DNA of 64,000 bases from Dicyema japonicum (lineage: Eukaryota; Animalia; Dicyemida): the NCBI GenBank assembly GCA_011109175.1, contig RDEW01000005.1:904903-968902 (forward strand). Direction: 5' to 3'. Shown here piece after piece: positions 1 through 12,759 of the stretch. A model generated the notes under the pieces. It did not search any database and was not told where the DNA came from. It saw nothing but the letters and a program-made list of their open reading frames with translations. Numbering within the stretch: position 1 is the stretch's first letter; every line of letters begins with the position of its first letter. The position numbers and the translations under genes are program-made.

Positions 1-1303
1 AACCATAACGAATTTGATGATATTGACAACAAATACGGCAACTGCTTACGTCACTCAAGTTGCACCTCAAACCTGCAAATAAAGAGAGGCTGTATTTGGA
101 CAGGAAGACTTTTGGAAGAGGACTTTCCTCGATTTCATTAAAGAGCGAATTAATACTTTTCCAGTTTTTTAAAAGTTTGGAAAAACAGTCGACTGTGTGT
201 TTGCGAAGGTCGGGGATTCTGCGAGTAATAAAAACAAAAAAATGGCACTTGGCTACAATCGCAGGATTTCTTGCCTAAATATGCAATTGCCGACAGGGAA
301 AGCATGGATATTAAGTCCCTCAAGGACACTCAGAAAAAATATTTATTAAATAAAATTTATTGCAGAACACTACACTCAATTATGTTCAAATGTATTGATG
401 AAACAAATGTCGACCTATATACTTCCTCAGAATGGTTATCCAAAGGAAATAACGGCCCACGGAGCGAAGCATTGTACTGTCTTTTGCAAGATAGGAATTT
501 GTTTTTTGCACACACGGGGTCATTATGCAACCATTGTAAAAAAAGCAAGAAAACTGTTGATCATTTGGCCACTCAGTGTGGAAAAATGCTAAATAGTGAT
601 TATCTCCGAAGACATAATGAAGTGGTAAAGTGCATCCCATCTTCATCTTTGTCGAATTTATGGAATCAAAAGAAGCAGGAAATTGAAAGGACATTCGGTT
701 CAGTCAATATTGACGAATCAAAATGTCGAAATTAGAGTTGACTCGTCGATTTTGACAGAAACAAAAGTCCAATACAATAAACCTGATATTTTCGTGTATG
801 ACAAAATAAAGAAGGAAGTAACGTTAATTGAAGTGGGGATTACCTCACAAGACCGACTAAAGCAAGTTGAAGTTGAGAAACTTCACAAATATGACTTGCT
901 AGCAAATGAACTTTCGCTGCTCTATGAATGCCAAGTGAAGATTATTCCAGTGGTTTTGACATGGGATGGAGTTGTCTCAAGATGCTTCAAGAATCATATG
1001 GATAAATTATCTATTGAAGAATCAACGAGGACTTACATCCAATCGGTTGTACTGAAGAGAACGCTCGAAAGTATGCTCATTGAACATAAGCATGGGATGA
1101 AGGTATACGATGAAGAGTACGCCTCTGCTACCTCCCAACTTGTGGAACTGGCATGCCGTGAAGACAGCCCACTGGACTCAAACGGAGATATTTTGACTGA
1201 ATCTGATGTGGAGATGCGGAGTAACAGGGAGGTTATGGCACACTCTTCTTCTAAGAGAAGAAGAGGGATTACCAACAATCTGGATCAAAATACGCTTAAT
1301 TAA
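1..1303 (+). mobile_element. 3' part of an R4/Dong-like non-LTR retrotransposon with a restriction-like endonuclease; frameshifted
   Basis: ORFs 60-278, 271-735 and 683-1303 are consecutive frameshifted pieces. They carry post-RT RLYLDRKTFGRGL, a CCHC knuckle (CNHCKKSKKTVDHLATQC) followed by RHNEVV, and an RLE motif KPDIFVYDK...LIEVG. Confidence 0.85.
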
Positions 1304-2140
1304 TTAATTAGTTAATTTACTCGTTACGTTAATTTTACGATTTTTAAATATATATATATATAAAAGACAATTAATCAACGACCATCCAGAGAGTTCCACC
1401 TGGAAAGCACTTCCTTCAAGTCCGAGCATACAAAACTCTTGAGTGAGAGCGGGATCACGTGATTTTTTCATTATGGCTGTGACAGTGTTTTTTGTTTTAA
1501 TAATTTTTATTTAAATGAAGAAATTACGCTCATCCTAAAGTTTACTATCGCTAGGTAGAGATTTATAATATTTAAAAATTTAGGATACTTGGATTGAAAG
1601 ATAATCCAATTAATCTAGAATGTTCAGCAACTATATTTGTTTTAACAATATTTATGTAACATAGCGAACAGTTGACGAAGCTGTTAAAACGCTCGGAAGT
1701 TGAGTTTGCAATCCACTATGACATAGTTTTGGCATGCTAAATGTCTTTATCTCCTAGATATATTTTCTAGCTTTTGTTCTTGGTGCTCTTAAAAACCAAA
1801 AGTTTTTTAAATAAAAAACCATTAGAAATGCTAGTCGAAGTTCTAATCATGTCTGACCAACATCGGCAGGTCTACCTTAAGGGGGAACAAAGGAATTACT
1901 ATATAGTCGCCAATTCCCAATGTTCCCATTAATATAGAGGTGATAATTTCTACTAGTTTCAACTTGGTTAAACTAAACTACATGAAATTGTCGTCAGAAA
2001 GAAGAAACATTTTTCAGTCCTTTGAATTAAAATAACCACTTTATCCACAATAAGTTTAGAACAATTCAAGGATTAGCAGTTTCTTCAAAGTTTTATTGTA
2101 CCGAATGCCTTCAATTCACTTGACTTCAGGATTGTATTAA

Positions 2141-3379
2141 ATTAAATTATTAACCCCGGCTTCGCCAGCAAGTGGGAAGCCGACGACCATCAGAGAGCGT
2201 GCAGTCCGGACAGGCCGCTCCCAGAGATCCTCGACTTTTGCATCCGGTGGTCCAGGGCAGGGAAAAAGGTCCCGAACTACTCTGCCAGCCAGGAAAGGGT
2301 GGTGTCCACATCGTAGGCGAGCCAGTCCGATTCTGATCTTCCTCGGGAGCGATTGTTCCGTTGGACTGATATCAGGGGGGAAGCGCTCCAAGACTTTGTT
2401 ATATTGAAGTGTCCTAATGGCCCGTGTCGAGATGAAATCATGGATTCGGCGGGTCCAAGTTGAGTCTTCTTGAGGGGGGGTGATCTTCGACAAGGCTCTT
2501 TGTAGGTCAAAGAGGGTCCTGCGTATGTATCTGCGGTTATTGTTACTTAGCAAAGCGTGAACTGGGTGATTCGGGTCGAACGACTGCCGTAGGAATTGTA
2601 AATTACGCATTTCCAGAGAGCGGGAGGATTTTCGACTCCCAATGTAAATGGTCGGTGGGGGTTGACTTTAAGCAGCCAGTTATTATTCTCAGCGCCGAGT
2701 TTTGCACTTTCTGCAGTTCTTGAGAAAGGGACAAGGAGATTGAGGGGGCCCAACTTGGTGAGGCGTAGTTGAGTGTAGTCCTGATGAACTGTTTATAGAG
2801 AAGAGTTAAGTTTTCTTTTTGCTGACCGTTTGAGTGGCCAGCTACTGCCCGTAATATGTTAAGTTTCCGCTTGGCTTTTGTCATTACTTCCTCCACTTGT
2901 CTGTTGAAACAGAGTGAAGGATCGAAGACAACTCCAAGGATCTTCGGGTATTTATTTAAGGGGAGTGGTTTGTCTCCCAACGAGAGTGTGGGGTTTAGGT
3001 TGAATTGTCTTCGATCGGTTGTGAACAGGGTAGCTGATGACTTCGAGGTGGAAACACTCATCCAGTTTAAGTTCATCCAGTCGGATAGCAAGTTCAGGTG
3101 GTACTGCACTTTTTCGGTGGCCAGTCGAACATCGCCACTCCTGGATGCGATTACTAGATCATCGGCATATGTCAATAGTAACGTATTTTGGGTTGTTGGG
3201 ATATCTTTGACGTAAAGGTTGAAAAGTAAGGGTGAAAGGACTGATCCCTGGGGAACACCGTTTGGTAGGAGTCGATATCTTGATAGATTTGAATATAGAC
3301 ACGTATGGCCCAGTCTTCCCGAGAGGAAATTTGTGAGCCATGACTTCCATACAGAGGGAATATTTGTAGAATAGATCTT
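2141..3379 (-). mobile_element. 5'-truncated Jockey/I-like LINE (RT and C-terminus) with a 12-bp TSD
   Basis: ORF 2603-3400 has GVPQGSVLSPLLFNLY and YADD; ORF 2137-2610 has LARLRCGHH. TSD GGATTGTATTAA at 2129-2140 and 3380-3391. The 3' end reads CCGGGGTTAATAATTTAATTT. Confidence 0.9.
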
Positions 3380-3583
3380 GGATTGTATTAAGATCGTCAT
3401 TTGTTTATTAGTTTACTATTGAGATCGTCATTAAATAATCACAATTTCTAGTTTAATATATTATTAATAATAATATTAATAATAAAGTTTTTTTTAAATC
3501 TAATTAATTCATATGTTTAGTAACGAAATGCAGATTTTCTCTTTGTATTCAATATGTATAAATGATTTTCGAAAAATATTGAT

Positions 3584-5880
3584 TTGAATCAATATAATAA
3601 ATTAAATTCAAAATCAAAGATGATGATTTCTAAAAGAATACATTATGAGATAAAATATTTTGAAGATTTTAATTCACAAATGATATCATCAATTTTTGAT
3701 GATTTCTCGAGATTCAATAAATGTCATGAAGTCTGTTATAACGTTTATTGCCTCGATTTATCCAAAAATCAAATTGAAATTAAAGATTTAGCAAATTTGT
3801 GCCGAATACTTCCAAATTTAATAAATATCAGAATAGCAAAGATACTATCTTCTGAAAATATGCCTTTACTACCGTTTACTCCAAATAATGTCAATTCCTT
3901 TACACTTTTGGATTATGATGACCCAATTTTATTACATTTGCTAATTAAAAGCGGATTTAGTGAAATTAGGTCACTTGAACTTTTTTCAAATTCTCCAATA
4001 AAAAAAAGTTATCCTACAACAATTTATAGCGACACAATCAAACTGATAAAAAAACTCGAAAGAATTAATTTTGACAATATTATGATTTCCAATTTCGAAG
4101 AGTTTTCCAAATGTCTGAACAGTCCAGAATCTTTAAAGTTTTTTGTTTGTTATATTGAGATACTTTTCGTATACAAACAGCAAAAATGTCCATGAATTAA
4201 GCTGTGATTTCACACCTTTGTTAACATTAGCCAAGAATTTAGAATTTTTGATTTGTCCGGATTCTCAGTTAATTATGAATTATTAAACCCGTATTTTATT
4301 TCTGACTTTTAGAGAACTGTTCAAAAGAGGAATTCAGAAGTTTAGTTATGATAAAATTTCGCAATTTTTCAAAAATAATGACAAAGTCCTATAATTATGA
4401 TTATTATAGATTGACTCAAATTTCATGATGCATAATTTTTTCAATGCTATTTTTTATTTCGAACATAAGGATGATCTTATTTGTTACACACTAAATAGTA
4501 TTTGTGAATGTGATTATGAAATTCGATCTTCACTATATGAACGATTTTTGAGGGTATATTGGTAAGTACATTTAAGTTCATTTGCCGGTTGTCTGAGAAC
4601 ATCAAAAAATCCAAGGTTATTAAAACAATCATGTAATTGTGTTTGTATATTATAGGCATTTTCTGATAATTAAATTCGAAAATAAAATCATTTCTAAAAC
4701 ATATAGATGGTTGGTGTTTATGTAATTTAGGCTTATTTATGAAACAATATTGATTATTCTAAAAAATAATTGCAGAGATACTGAGGTTGTCACGATTTTA
4801 TAATTTTCAGTTCATGAATGATTTAGATTTTTTGATGTACTATATACAACCATGGACTTATCAAATTATGTATTTAACTAACTAATTAAAGTTTATGTCG
4901 ATTTCATTGATTATTCAGACAATCATAAACCTAGTTCATACGTTTATTATTTATGAAAATCCACTTAATAGCGTATTTATTCCGATAGAGAATTTAAATG
5001 TCAAAGTATTGTCCTATTTGGGATTTTATGGCACTCTCAAGGTAATTGTGAATTTAAATTCAGTTAATAATTGATTATATTAATGAGAATAAGAAATTGA
5101 TAAATAATTCATTTTGTAATATTTCTTGGACATTTATTTGGTATCTTCTTGGTAAAATTGTTTTAATTTTGTGATAGATGATAACATTAAAAATGTTAGC
5201 TTGTTTGTAGAGTTGGACGGGATTAATTTAATTCTAGATTTTTTTCGAGAATATATTGAAGATAAATACATTTTATATCCTGTTATTAAAATTATTGCAA
5301 ATCTAACAAAATTTAAAAAATTTCGACATCTTGTTTGGAACAGTAGGATGGTTCATTATTTAATGTATATTTTGTGTTATATTACAGGGAATACAGCAAA
5401 CATATATATCGCTCAATTGTCTATGATACCATATGCAATACTTTGTGCAACTTAATGATCGATTCGATTGAATCTTCCTACGATCCAAGTTTGTCTGAAG
5501 AGATTCTTATGATTATTTATAAGTTAACAGAATGGATCACGTTTATATCAATTATCACGAATATCATCGGTATTAAATCAATTTAATAAAGATTGATTGA
5601 TAACCTAGTAGAACTTTTTAATGAACAATTTGACCAAAGATTATGGTTTAGAGCAATACGGATTTGCCATAGGATGATTAAAGAATCACGTAATATTTTT
5701 TAATGATATAGCAAACAATTATGTCCCAATGATGATCTCTAAAAAAGTCCGTAATAAAATCGTCAAGGTATGCTTACTTTCAAATATGAAGCGTTTACAT
5801 AAACTTGCTCAGGAAGTTATAGAATTATATGATGTATAATAAGTATTATTTTAGAAGTATACTTCAGATAATTATATAGC
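3584..5880 (+). pseudogene. ZYG11/ZER1-like LRR plus ARM-repeat gene (multi-exon, possibly disrupted)
   Basis: LRR-like CLDLSKNQI and LELFSN in ORF 3584-4195. ARM-like ELDGINLILDFF...VIKIIANLTKFKKFRHLV in 5171-5455. Exon structure not resolved. Confidence 0.45.
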
Positions 5881-6712
5881 TCGTTATAATTAATTAATAC
5901 TTTTTTCTCAGATTTTGTTAACATTTTGTAATTAATAAGTTATATACAATTTAAGAAAAATTTTATCAATTTATGATGCAAATTTCACATTCTGGAAAGG
6001 AGAATTGCGGATATTTCTGCCCAATCAAATTTGACACCGTCGTGGGTTTTATAGGCTATTTGCTGATAATTCTGCCATTCAAACAAATCCATTCAACCTG
6101 AATGGATAAACATTAGATAATGTACCCAGCCGTTTTGCTTATGGGGACGATATTAAGTTGGTGAATTTTAGTTGGGACTCTTGAATCATTCAAGCCTGTT
6201 TACAAGATAATCTGCCATTTTTTGTAATTACAAAGAACTATTCATGCAGATTTGCTAAAGTTTTCTAAGAATCAGAGTGGACTTTTTAAATGCCGATCTG
6301 AATTCTTCGTAAGATCCACCCCCTCTTTAAATGGGTTTCCTAGCTCCTTGCACATACGTAAGAAGCCCTGGCCGTTTCTCACCGTAGCCTCATCTGAAAC
6401 GAGACTTTTTATTGACTTGTTTGGAGTGTAATACAAACATCAATCCTATTAACTAATTATTTTAGATTGTTTTGTCACGTAAATTTATTTACTTTTTTAT
6501 TTATTTTAACACCCCAATATTGCACTTACCGAGTATAAGGAAATAGGAAATTGCAAAACCGTTTATTGTTAGCGATATGACATCCAATCCACTAATCTAC
6601 TTAATTAAGCAATTAAAACACTCCTTAATCCAATAATTTTATCGTTTTATTTATCTAATCTTTCTACGTGATGATGAAACGACATAAAATAAAAAAAACG
6701 ACGCACAGCACA

Positions 6713-7453
6713 ATGAGGTCATGCACTATTAAAGTCATTATAATCTTAAATCTTTTTTTGTTGGGGGTTTTTCGTTAATTTCATAATGCAGTTCGTTACC
6801 GTGTTTTGTTTTTTTTGTGGAGGAACACTTTTAAACTCTATATTGATACAAAGAAATTTGGATAGAAATTATTTGAAGATTTCTGGAGCCATTATTTTGA
6901 GTGCCGCTTTAATCGCTACAGTTGGACTAATCTTAGGAATCGTGTTTTTTCAAGAAAAGAATTGAGATGGTTCAAATTACTTGTAAATTTATGATTACCA
7001 TCAATAGTTTTCAATTTCGCATTTTCTTATATTTATATTTGCGCTAACGACTATGATATTCTTCTTGTCGAACATGATTTCGGTTTGTATAGTTCCTATA
7101 AATATAACTTTATTCACCAATATACTTTAGTTGACAACCTTTATTGAAGATGAGGGTAAAATATTCATCACGAATCCAGAAGTCTATAAATATGACATCG
7201 ATTTTTATCAAACACATTTCAAATGCTGTGGTCTATGGGGTCCCTCTGATTATGACCATTGGAAATTACCGGCTAGTTGTTGTCCAGTATTTCCATGCAC
7301 AAATGCTGGGGCGTATTTGACGGTTGTAGAATTTACTAAATGAAGCCATGTTTTTCAATACTTCAAAATTATTTAAATTTGATTAGTGGATATTTAGTCG
7401 CCGGAACAGTCTTGACTTTGAGTATAACAGTTTGCTGTGTTTTTAATGTTTAG
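6713..7453 (+). CDS. Tetraspanin (spliced; may carry indels or stops)
   Basis: Hydrophobic exons at 6713-7090. The large-loop exon 7131-7343 has FYQTHFKCCG, PASCC and a terminal C, followed by a TM4-like segment to 7453. Confidence 0.85.
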
Positions 7454-8429
7454 TTAGCCTCAATAATAACTGTACTATGTACTTTATAACTAACATATTC
7501 TCTAACAACGTCGTCTGGATTTTAGTAATAAAAAATCATTTTGTAGAGATTTTAACACTCTCACATTCTCACTATTAAGTATTTTTACTAACAATACTCT
7601 GTTTTCTCGATCCCCAATGACTTCATTACCGAAAATTACTACTCTTCTTCTCTTTGTTCCATCTCAGTCATCGCTGACAAAAAATTGCCTTGCAATCAAG
7701 CTGTAATAGATGAGTACAATTTTGAATCATTTGCCATTCCCCACTGTATTTGTTAAGTGAAAAGTGCTGGTTTGGTACCAATAGAAACGGATACCTATAA
7801 TTATTTTTTATCTTTTTTCTCAGTGATCAGAAATAATTAATATTAAGAGTGAGAGTCAACAATATCATATTCGCCGGCTATATAAAATCGCTCGCAACAT
7901 CATATTCCGTTTTTGAAAAGGCGACTTTCAAATGAAGAGTTTTATAGATAATCAGAAAGACAAGTCCGATCACACAACAGAATCGACAGTTAGTTCAAAA
8001 ATATGAGGAATGTAAACATGGTGAAATAATGATCATTATCTAGTCTTGAGATCACTGATATCTCATACTTATTTGATGTCCCAAATCAATTTCCAGTCTA
8101 AGACTTAAAGTTTAATCTCACATGTAGTAAAATAGCATTGCTGTCTAAATTTTAAAATTAAATCAAAGCCCCACCATAACAAATATCAAATTTAAACTAA
8201 TAAATTTATTATAAATGATATTGTTAAAAAATAGTAATAATATTATTTATCACTTCGATCTTGTCTTGGTTGCTTTAACAGTCATGATTATTTTAATTAT
8301 TTTTGCAACGCACAGAGGTAACCTAATGTTCCTACAAGAGAACCATTAAACATTTACCTCCGAGGATACTGTCCTTCGGAGGCACACGATTTCAGCTTAA
8401 ACTACTAGAGAGGAACCCCTAACCCACCC

Positions 8430-8880
8430 CAAGATACGGACCACGGTTCTACAATTAAACGTCAACCGAGTAAAAGACAAAATATTGGAACTGATCTCTC
8501 TTTTGGAGGACTTTAGATCGGAGTGGTTTTGAATCAAGAGATGAAACTCCTTATAAATAGTCCTACCCCGATGTTCACTGGATAAAAGTCAATACGGACT
8601 AACCGGAAAAAAAAGGAGTGATGACATACATATATATATATCGAAAAGATTTTAAATGTGTGGACATCATTTCAGAGGAAAAAAAATATCTCGGGAGTAG
8701 ATGATGTTCATGAAGTCAAGGCAATCTCATTTAGAACAAAAAATGGAAAAATTTCCTTGGAGAACATCTAAGAGCATCCAACTGGTTCTTGCCTTAAGCA
8801 CTACGGTATGTCCAACGACGTCATCATTGGTTGAGATATCAGAGCCAATGACCCTCTATGGCTGGTAAGTCAGCCATAGA
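8430..8880 (+). mobile_element. Degenerate LINE APE-endonuclease remnant
   Basis: Frameshifted motifs TVLQLNVNRVKDKILEL, VVLNQEMKL and DVIIG*DIRANDPLW match the APE domain of LINEs. Confidence 0.55.
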
Positions 8881-9489
8881 AATTTACTACTATGGCAGAC
8901 AACCATTTCACAGCAAAAGTCAACTCAAAGTATTCTTAAACTTGTGAATAACACGATTGTGATTTAAAACTAACTTTCCAATTATAATATAAGGAATATA
9001 ATCTAATAAGATTAGTTGGTCATTCAACGAGGCCTTTTCCGAAACTCGGATTTTGTGAAAAGTTTGAATCAGCGTTCTTGCAGGCAAAATATGTCAAAAA
9101 CTGTGGGTTTGGGGTTTCTTGAAATGTTCCTTCTTGGAACTGAAAAGTTTTTTTTCAATTGACACTGCCTCGTCAGTCACGGGGCAGTGTGCAAAGATGA
9201 CAACGTTTTTGGCTAAGCTTTTATCGACTTCCGTGCGTAGGACAACGAGAGTATCCGTATCGGAAATTCCTTGTGGTTGGGTTCGACATGAAGATGTAGT
9301 CGGTCTAGTTTTCTCTTCATCTATCATTAAACATAAGCGTTTTTCCTTATAATAATTAATTGTGGGAGTTTAAAACTAATGATAATTGTGTTGTACCATA
9401 CTACGACGAAAAAGTTTCTAGAAAAGTTTAAAAATTTCGTTTTGACTCCGAAAATCGGGGACCGATGTCAATGTCTCCCATTTTAGTTC

Positions 9490-9890
9490 CATACTTTGTC
9501 GAACATGTTTTTAGACAAAATTAAAAATTTCGTTTGGCGTTTTTCGTATAATTTTATAATCCAGTTATTTTTCGTGTTTAGATTTTTTTGTGATGTACCA
9601 CTTTTAAATTCTATATTGATACTAAAATATTTGGATAGAAATTATTTAAAGATTTCAGGAGCCATAATTTTGATTGTCTATTTGGCGGGATTAATCTCAT
9701 GTATCGTGTATTTGTAAGAAGGAATTGAGATGGTTCAAATTACTTTAAATATATGAAATTACATCAATAGTTTTCAAATTCGCATTTTCTGGTATTTAGT
9801 TTTGAGTTAATACTTAATTTAAGTATAAGTTTATTAACCATTATAATTAAGTTGACAATCTTTATTGAAGATGAGAGAAAAAATTCATGT
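9490..9890 (+). pseudogene. Partial paralog of the upstream tetraspanin, truncated before the CCG loop
   Basis: Near-copy of 6780-7160 (TTGGATAGAAATTATTT..AAGATTTC; TTGACAA.CTTTATTGAAGATGAG). Similarity stops at about 9890. Confidence 0.65.
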
Positions 9891-10039
9891 CCAAAATTTC
9901 CTCACAAAAGATGTGGTATATAAGATTTTGTTACTTACGATCAATTGACTAATTATAGGATATTCTCTTGATAAACCCTGATATAACGAAATACTGTTCT
10001 ATCTAGAAAATCGAGTCTATCCATTTGTAAGATGTGACC

Positions 10040-10420
10040 AAAAAGTAGTCATCTTAACTAAGAAAATTATTTAATTGATTTGATTTCAGTGAAATTGACA
10101 GTATCGTCTTCAAGCTGGGTCCCGACACTATTAACGGGGAGTGCATAGATCCAAGCACCACTTGATTCGCATCTTCCAATGTCTAGACAGGCACGTCTGT
10201 ATTTATTTGAGTAATTCAGAAGCCTCTCATTTTTATCCTCGCAAATAGTCCTGTAACGGTGTTTCCGCCAAGTCATCATCCCTTTCAAATGCTCTATATC
10301 TGTGATTTCAGATGATTCTGTTTGGATTTGGAGAATCATCCTGATCAGTATTCAGCTGGAACCCAAAGAAAATAGATACACAGAGGCAAGCCAGATCTTT
10401 AGGTGAAGGGATTCCAGTTT
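10040..10420 (-). mobile_element. CRE-like non-LTR retrotransposon fragment
   Basis: CESSGAWIYALPVNSVGTQLEDDTV matches the GAWL.A.P motif and the copy at 62690-62770. Confidence 0.6.
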
Positions 10421-10962
10421 ATTTTTGATTTTATTTGGAAAACGATTTTTTGGGAATTTACGGAATGTTATTAATATGGTGCAAAAGGTAATTAAATGTA
10501 TTGATTAATTTGATAATGAAGATATCATGCAAGATCCTGTTTTGAATTAGTTCCGAAAAAAACTGGAAGAACTTGATAATGATAAGAGATAACTAAAACA
10601 GAAATGACGAAGAGAACGAAATCGTCATTATTTTGAAGATTTCGACGAGGAAACTTTTGATGCAGAAAAAGGAAAAATTATTATTATACATGAAAACACA
10701 AATATTAATTACAATTAAATTAGTATATTTATTTTTTTTAATCTTATCATCGAAATAAATATAAGTGAAACGACGGCGTATACTGGTTTTTTCCAACCGA
10801 TCACTGTTGAGACGTTTATCGTTATTAGGCCCCAGGACGTCTGAGCTTATCAAGGTGAATCGACCGGCTTATAGAGAAACGGAAGGGTGACGTAGAATGA
10901 TGCGATGACATTTAAGAGGATTTGGCTCGCGATTATGAAAGGAAAAATCTCTGTTATAACTN

Positions 10963-10997
10963 CCAATTAACCACGCAGCACCACATGGCGCCACGCG
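10963..10997 (-). repeat. 35-bp head module of the SINE-like family
   Basis: Exact reverse complement of 52935-52969 (CGCGTGGCGCCATGTGGTGCTGCGTGGTTAATTGG). Confidence 0.85.
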
Positions 10998-11349
10998 CTA
11001 TATATCATCATACTAATAGCCCCTGGTCTCTTACAAGTTAGTGAGGCTTGGCTTACTTAACTAATTACCTACTTTTGAGGGGGACTGAGGGTAAATAAAT
11101 AAAGTTATGCTTTATATGTCCAGTTACAATAACTTAGTTATGTGATTTGGTAGATGTTTCATCATATTGCAAACAAATCCTGATGGTCTATTACAAAAAT
11201 ATTGAAAATATGTTAGAGGCATGTCTTCAGGGCTACATCATGTCCATGAAACTCATGAGAGGTATCCTGGTGAAAATGATTTTTGTCAGTAAAGTTAAAT
11301 TCACGTTTTTAAGATTGTTTAAATTTATAAAAATGTAGTTTTTAATCAA

Positions 11350-12020
11350 AATTTATATACAGGGTTTTCAAGTCTAAGTGAGAACACTTCAACATCATTG
11401 TGATAAATTCATCACATCAATCCGAGATAATTTAATATTAAGGGCGAGAATCTGTATAGGACGTAGGCAGATGTTGTTAGCTCCCATAGATTGGTCAGTC
11501 CCAGCATTGTAGACAAATGTTGTGGTAATTCATGACATTAAAAAAAGTGATTTGTTGTCAACACGTAAAGGTTGCAAAAGAAACAGAGAATATCCCACAT
11601 CGAAGACGAGTCAGGTTTACTTGGACGTCCCTCGGAAAAGAGGATTCTGATTGGTCTATTGGAGGAGGGGGCCGGTGTAGCATTTTATCATCTTCGAGTC
11701 TTCGCATGCTTCTCGTAGAAACAAAATCATGTATTTGTTTCAGAAGACTCCTGTCATTGGGACTGGGAGGGATGGATGATAGCATTCGAGACATGTCACT
11801 GGTTGTCATAATAATTTTTATTTTGTTTTGCGGTTTGCATAGAGAGTGGAAGGGATATTCTAGGCTGTAAACTTGGGAGAGAAATGCAGGCTCTCATTTC
11901 CAGATGGTCTCCAATTGGGAGGATCTAAGATTCCCAATGAAGATGATCAACAGGGGTTGATCTGAGACATCCAGTAATTTTTTCACAGGGCGAATATAGT
12001 GGAAGGAATTTCAGTTGAAT
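11350..12020 (-). mobile_element. 3' fragment of a Jockey/I-like LINE, related to 2141-3379
   Basis: ITGCLRSTPVDHLHWES and KQIHDFVSTR...NLTRLRCG parallel IITGCLKSTPTDHLHWES and RRIHDFISTR...LARLRCG. Confidence 0.75.
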
Positions 12021-12269
12021 TCCATTAGTCGAAATCTTTCAGCAACTTTATTTGTTTTTGAATTTTTGCATTGTCACAGAATAAAAAATTAGTCAGACTT
12101 AATAAATTAAATAATCAAAAGCGTAACTTATGTATCCCATAAAATGGTTTAGTTGAAATTTTGTAAAATGTTTATTTTACTAATTGCGCAGAAAAAACTG
12201 GTGTTTCTTGATTTTAAAGATTTAACATCTCAAGTAGGAGTTTTTCCTTTACAGCTTGTCCGTAGTTGT

Positions 12270-12503
12270 TTCGGATTAAATTAAATTATTCCAAAGTCAA
12301 GGGTAACCAAACTAACTAATTCCTTGATCCTAACTCGTTCTAGCATTCCAGAACTTGTTTCCAGGAAACGACATTATTCCCCAGAAAAGAATAGTTGGAT
12401 CCTCTTGATGCCGGCCAGGCATTGGGCGTCTCTTCAGTAAGGTGGATCCAATGACGCCATCGGAAGGAAGAAAATAATTTATGACCAACTAGCCACATAG
12501 CAC
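12270..12503 (-). mobile_element. SINE-like element copy
   Basis: Reverse complement aligns along its length with 62970-63200 (GGCGTCATTGGATCCACCTTACTGA...GGCATCAAGAGGATCCAA...TTAGTTAGTTTGGTTAC). Confidence 0.75.
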
Positions 12504-12711
12504 TTGAACAGTAGTAGTTTACAAGGCTTTTTGAGTGTATTGGATATCATCTTATTCCCCTTACATTTCACGAAAAGTGCAGGAAATTTATACCAAAAGT
12601 AACTTGACAGAAGCTATCTTTGAAGTTTTACCTGTGATTATCATAGAGGCAAAAAAGTTTTTGGTTTTAATCTATGAAACCAAATTCGGGAACAGATATA
12701 GGGTTTTCGGC

Positions 12712-12759
12712 NNNNNNNNNNNNNNNNNNNNNNNNNNNNNNNNNNNNNNNNNNNNNNNN
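12712..12759. other. Assembly gap (48 N)
   Basis: Run of N. Confidence 1.

Noticed and set aside
1455-1463. TCACGTGA E-box (also near 30415)
   Set aside because: An 8-mer with no supporting context.
9060-9490. hAT dimerisation-domain or transposon end
   Set aside because: The similarity (HCPVTDEAVSIEKKLFSS) is too weak and no paired TIR was found.
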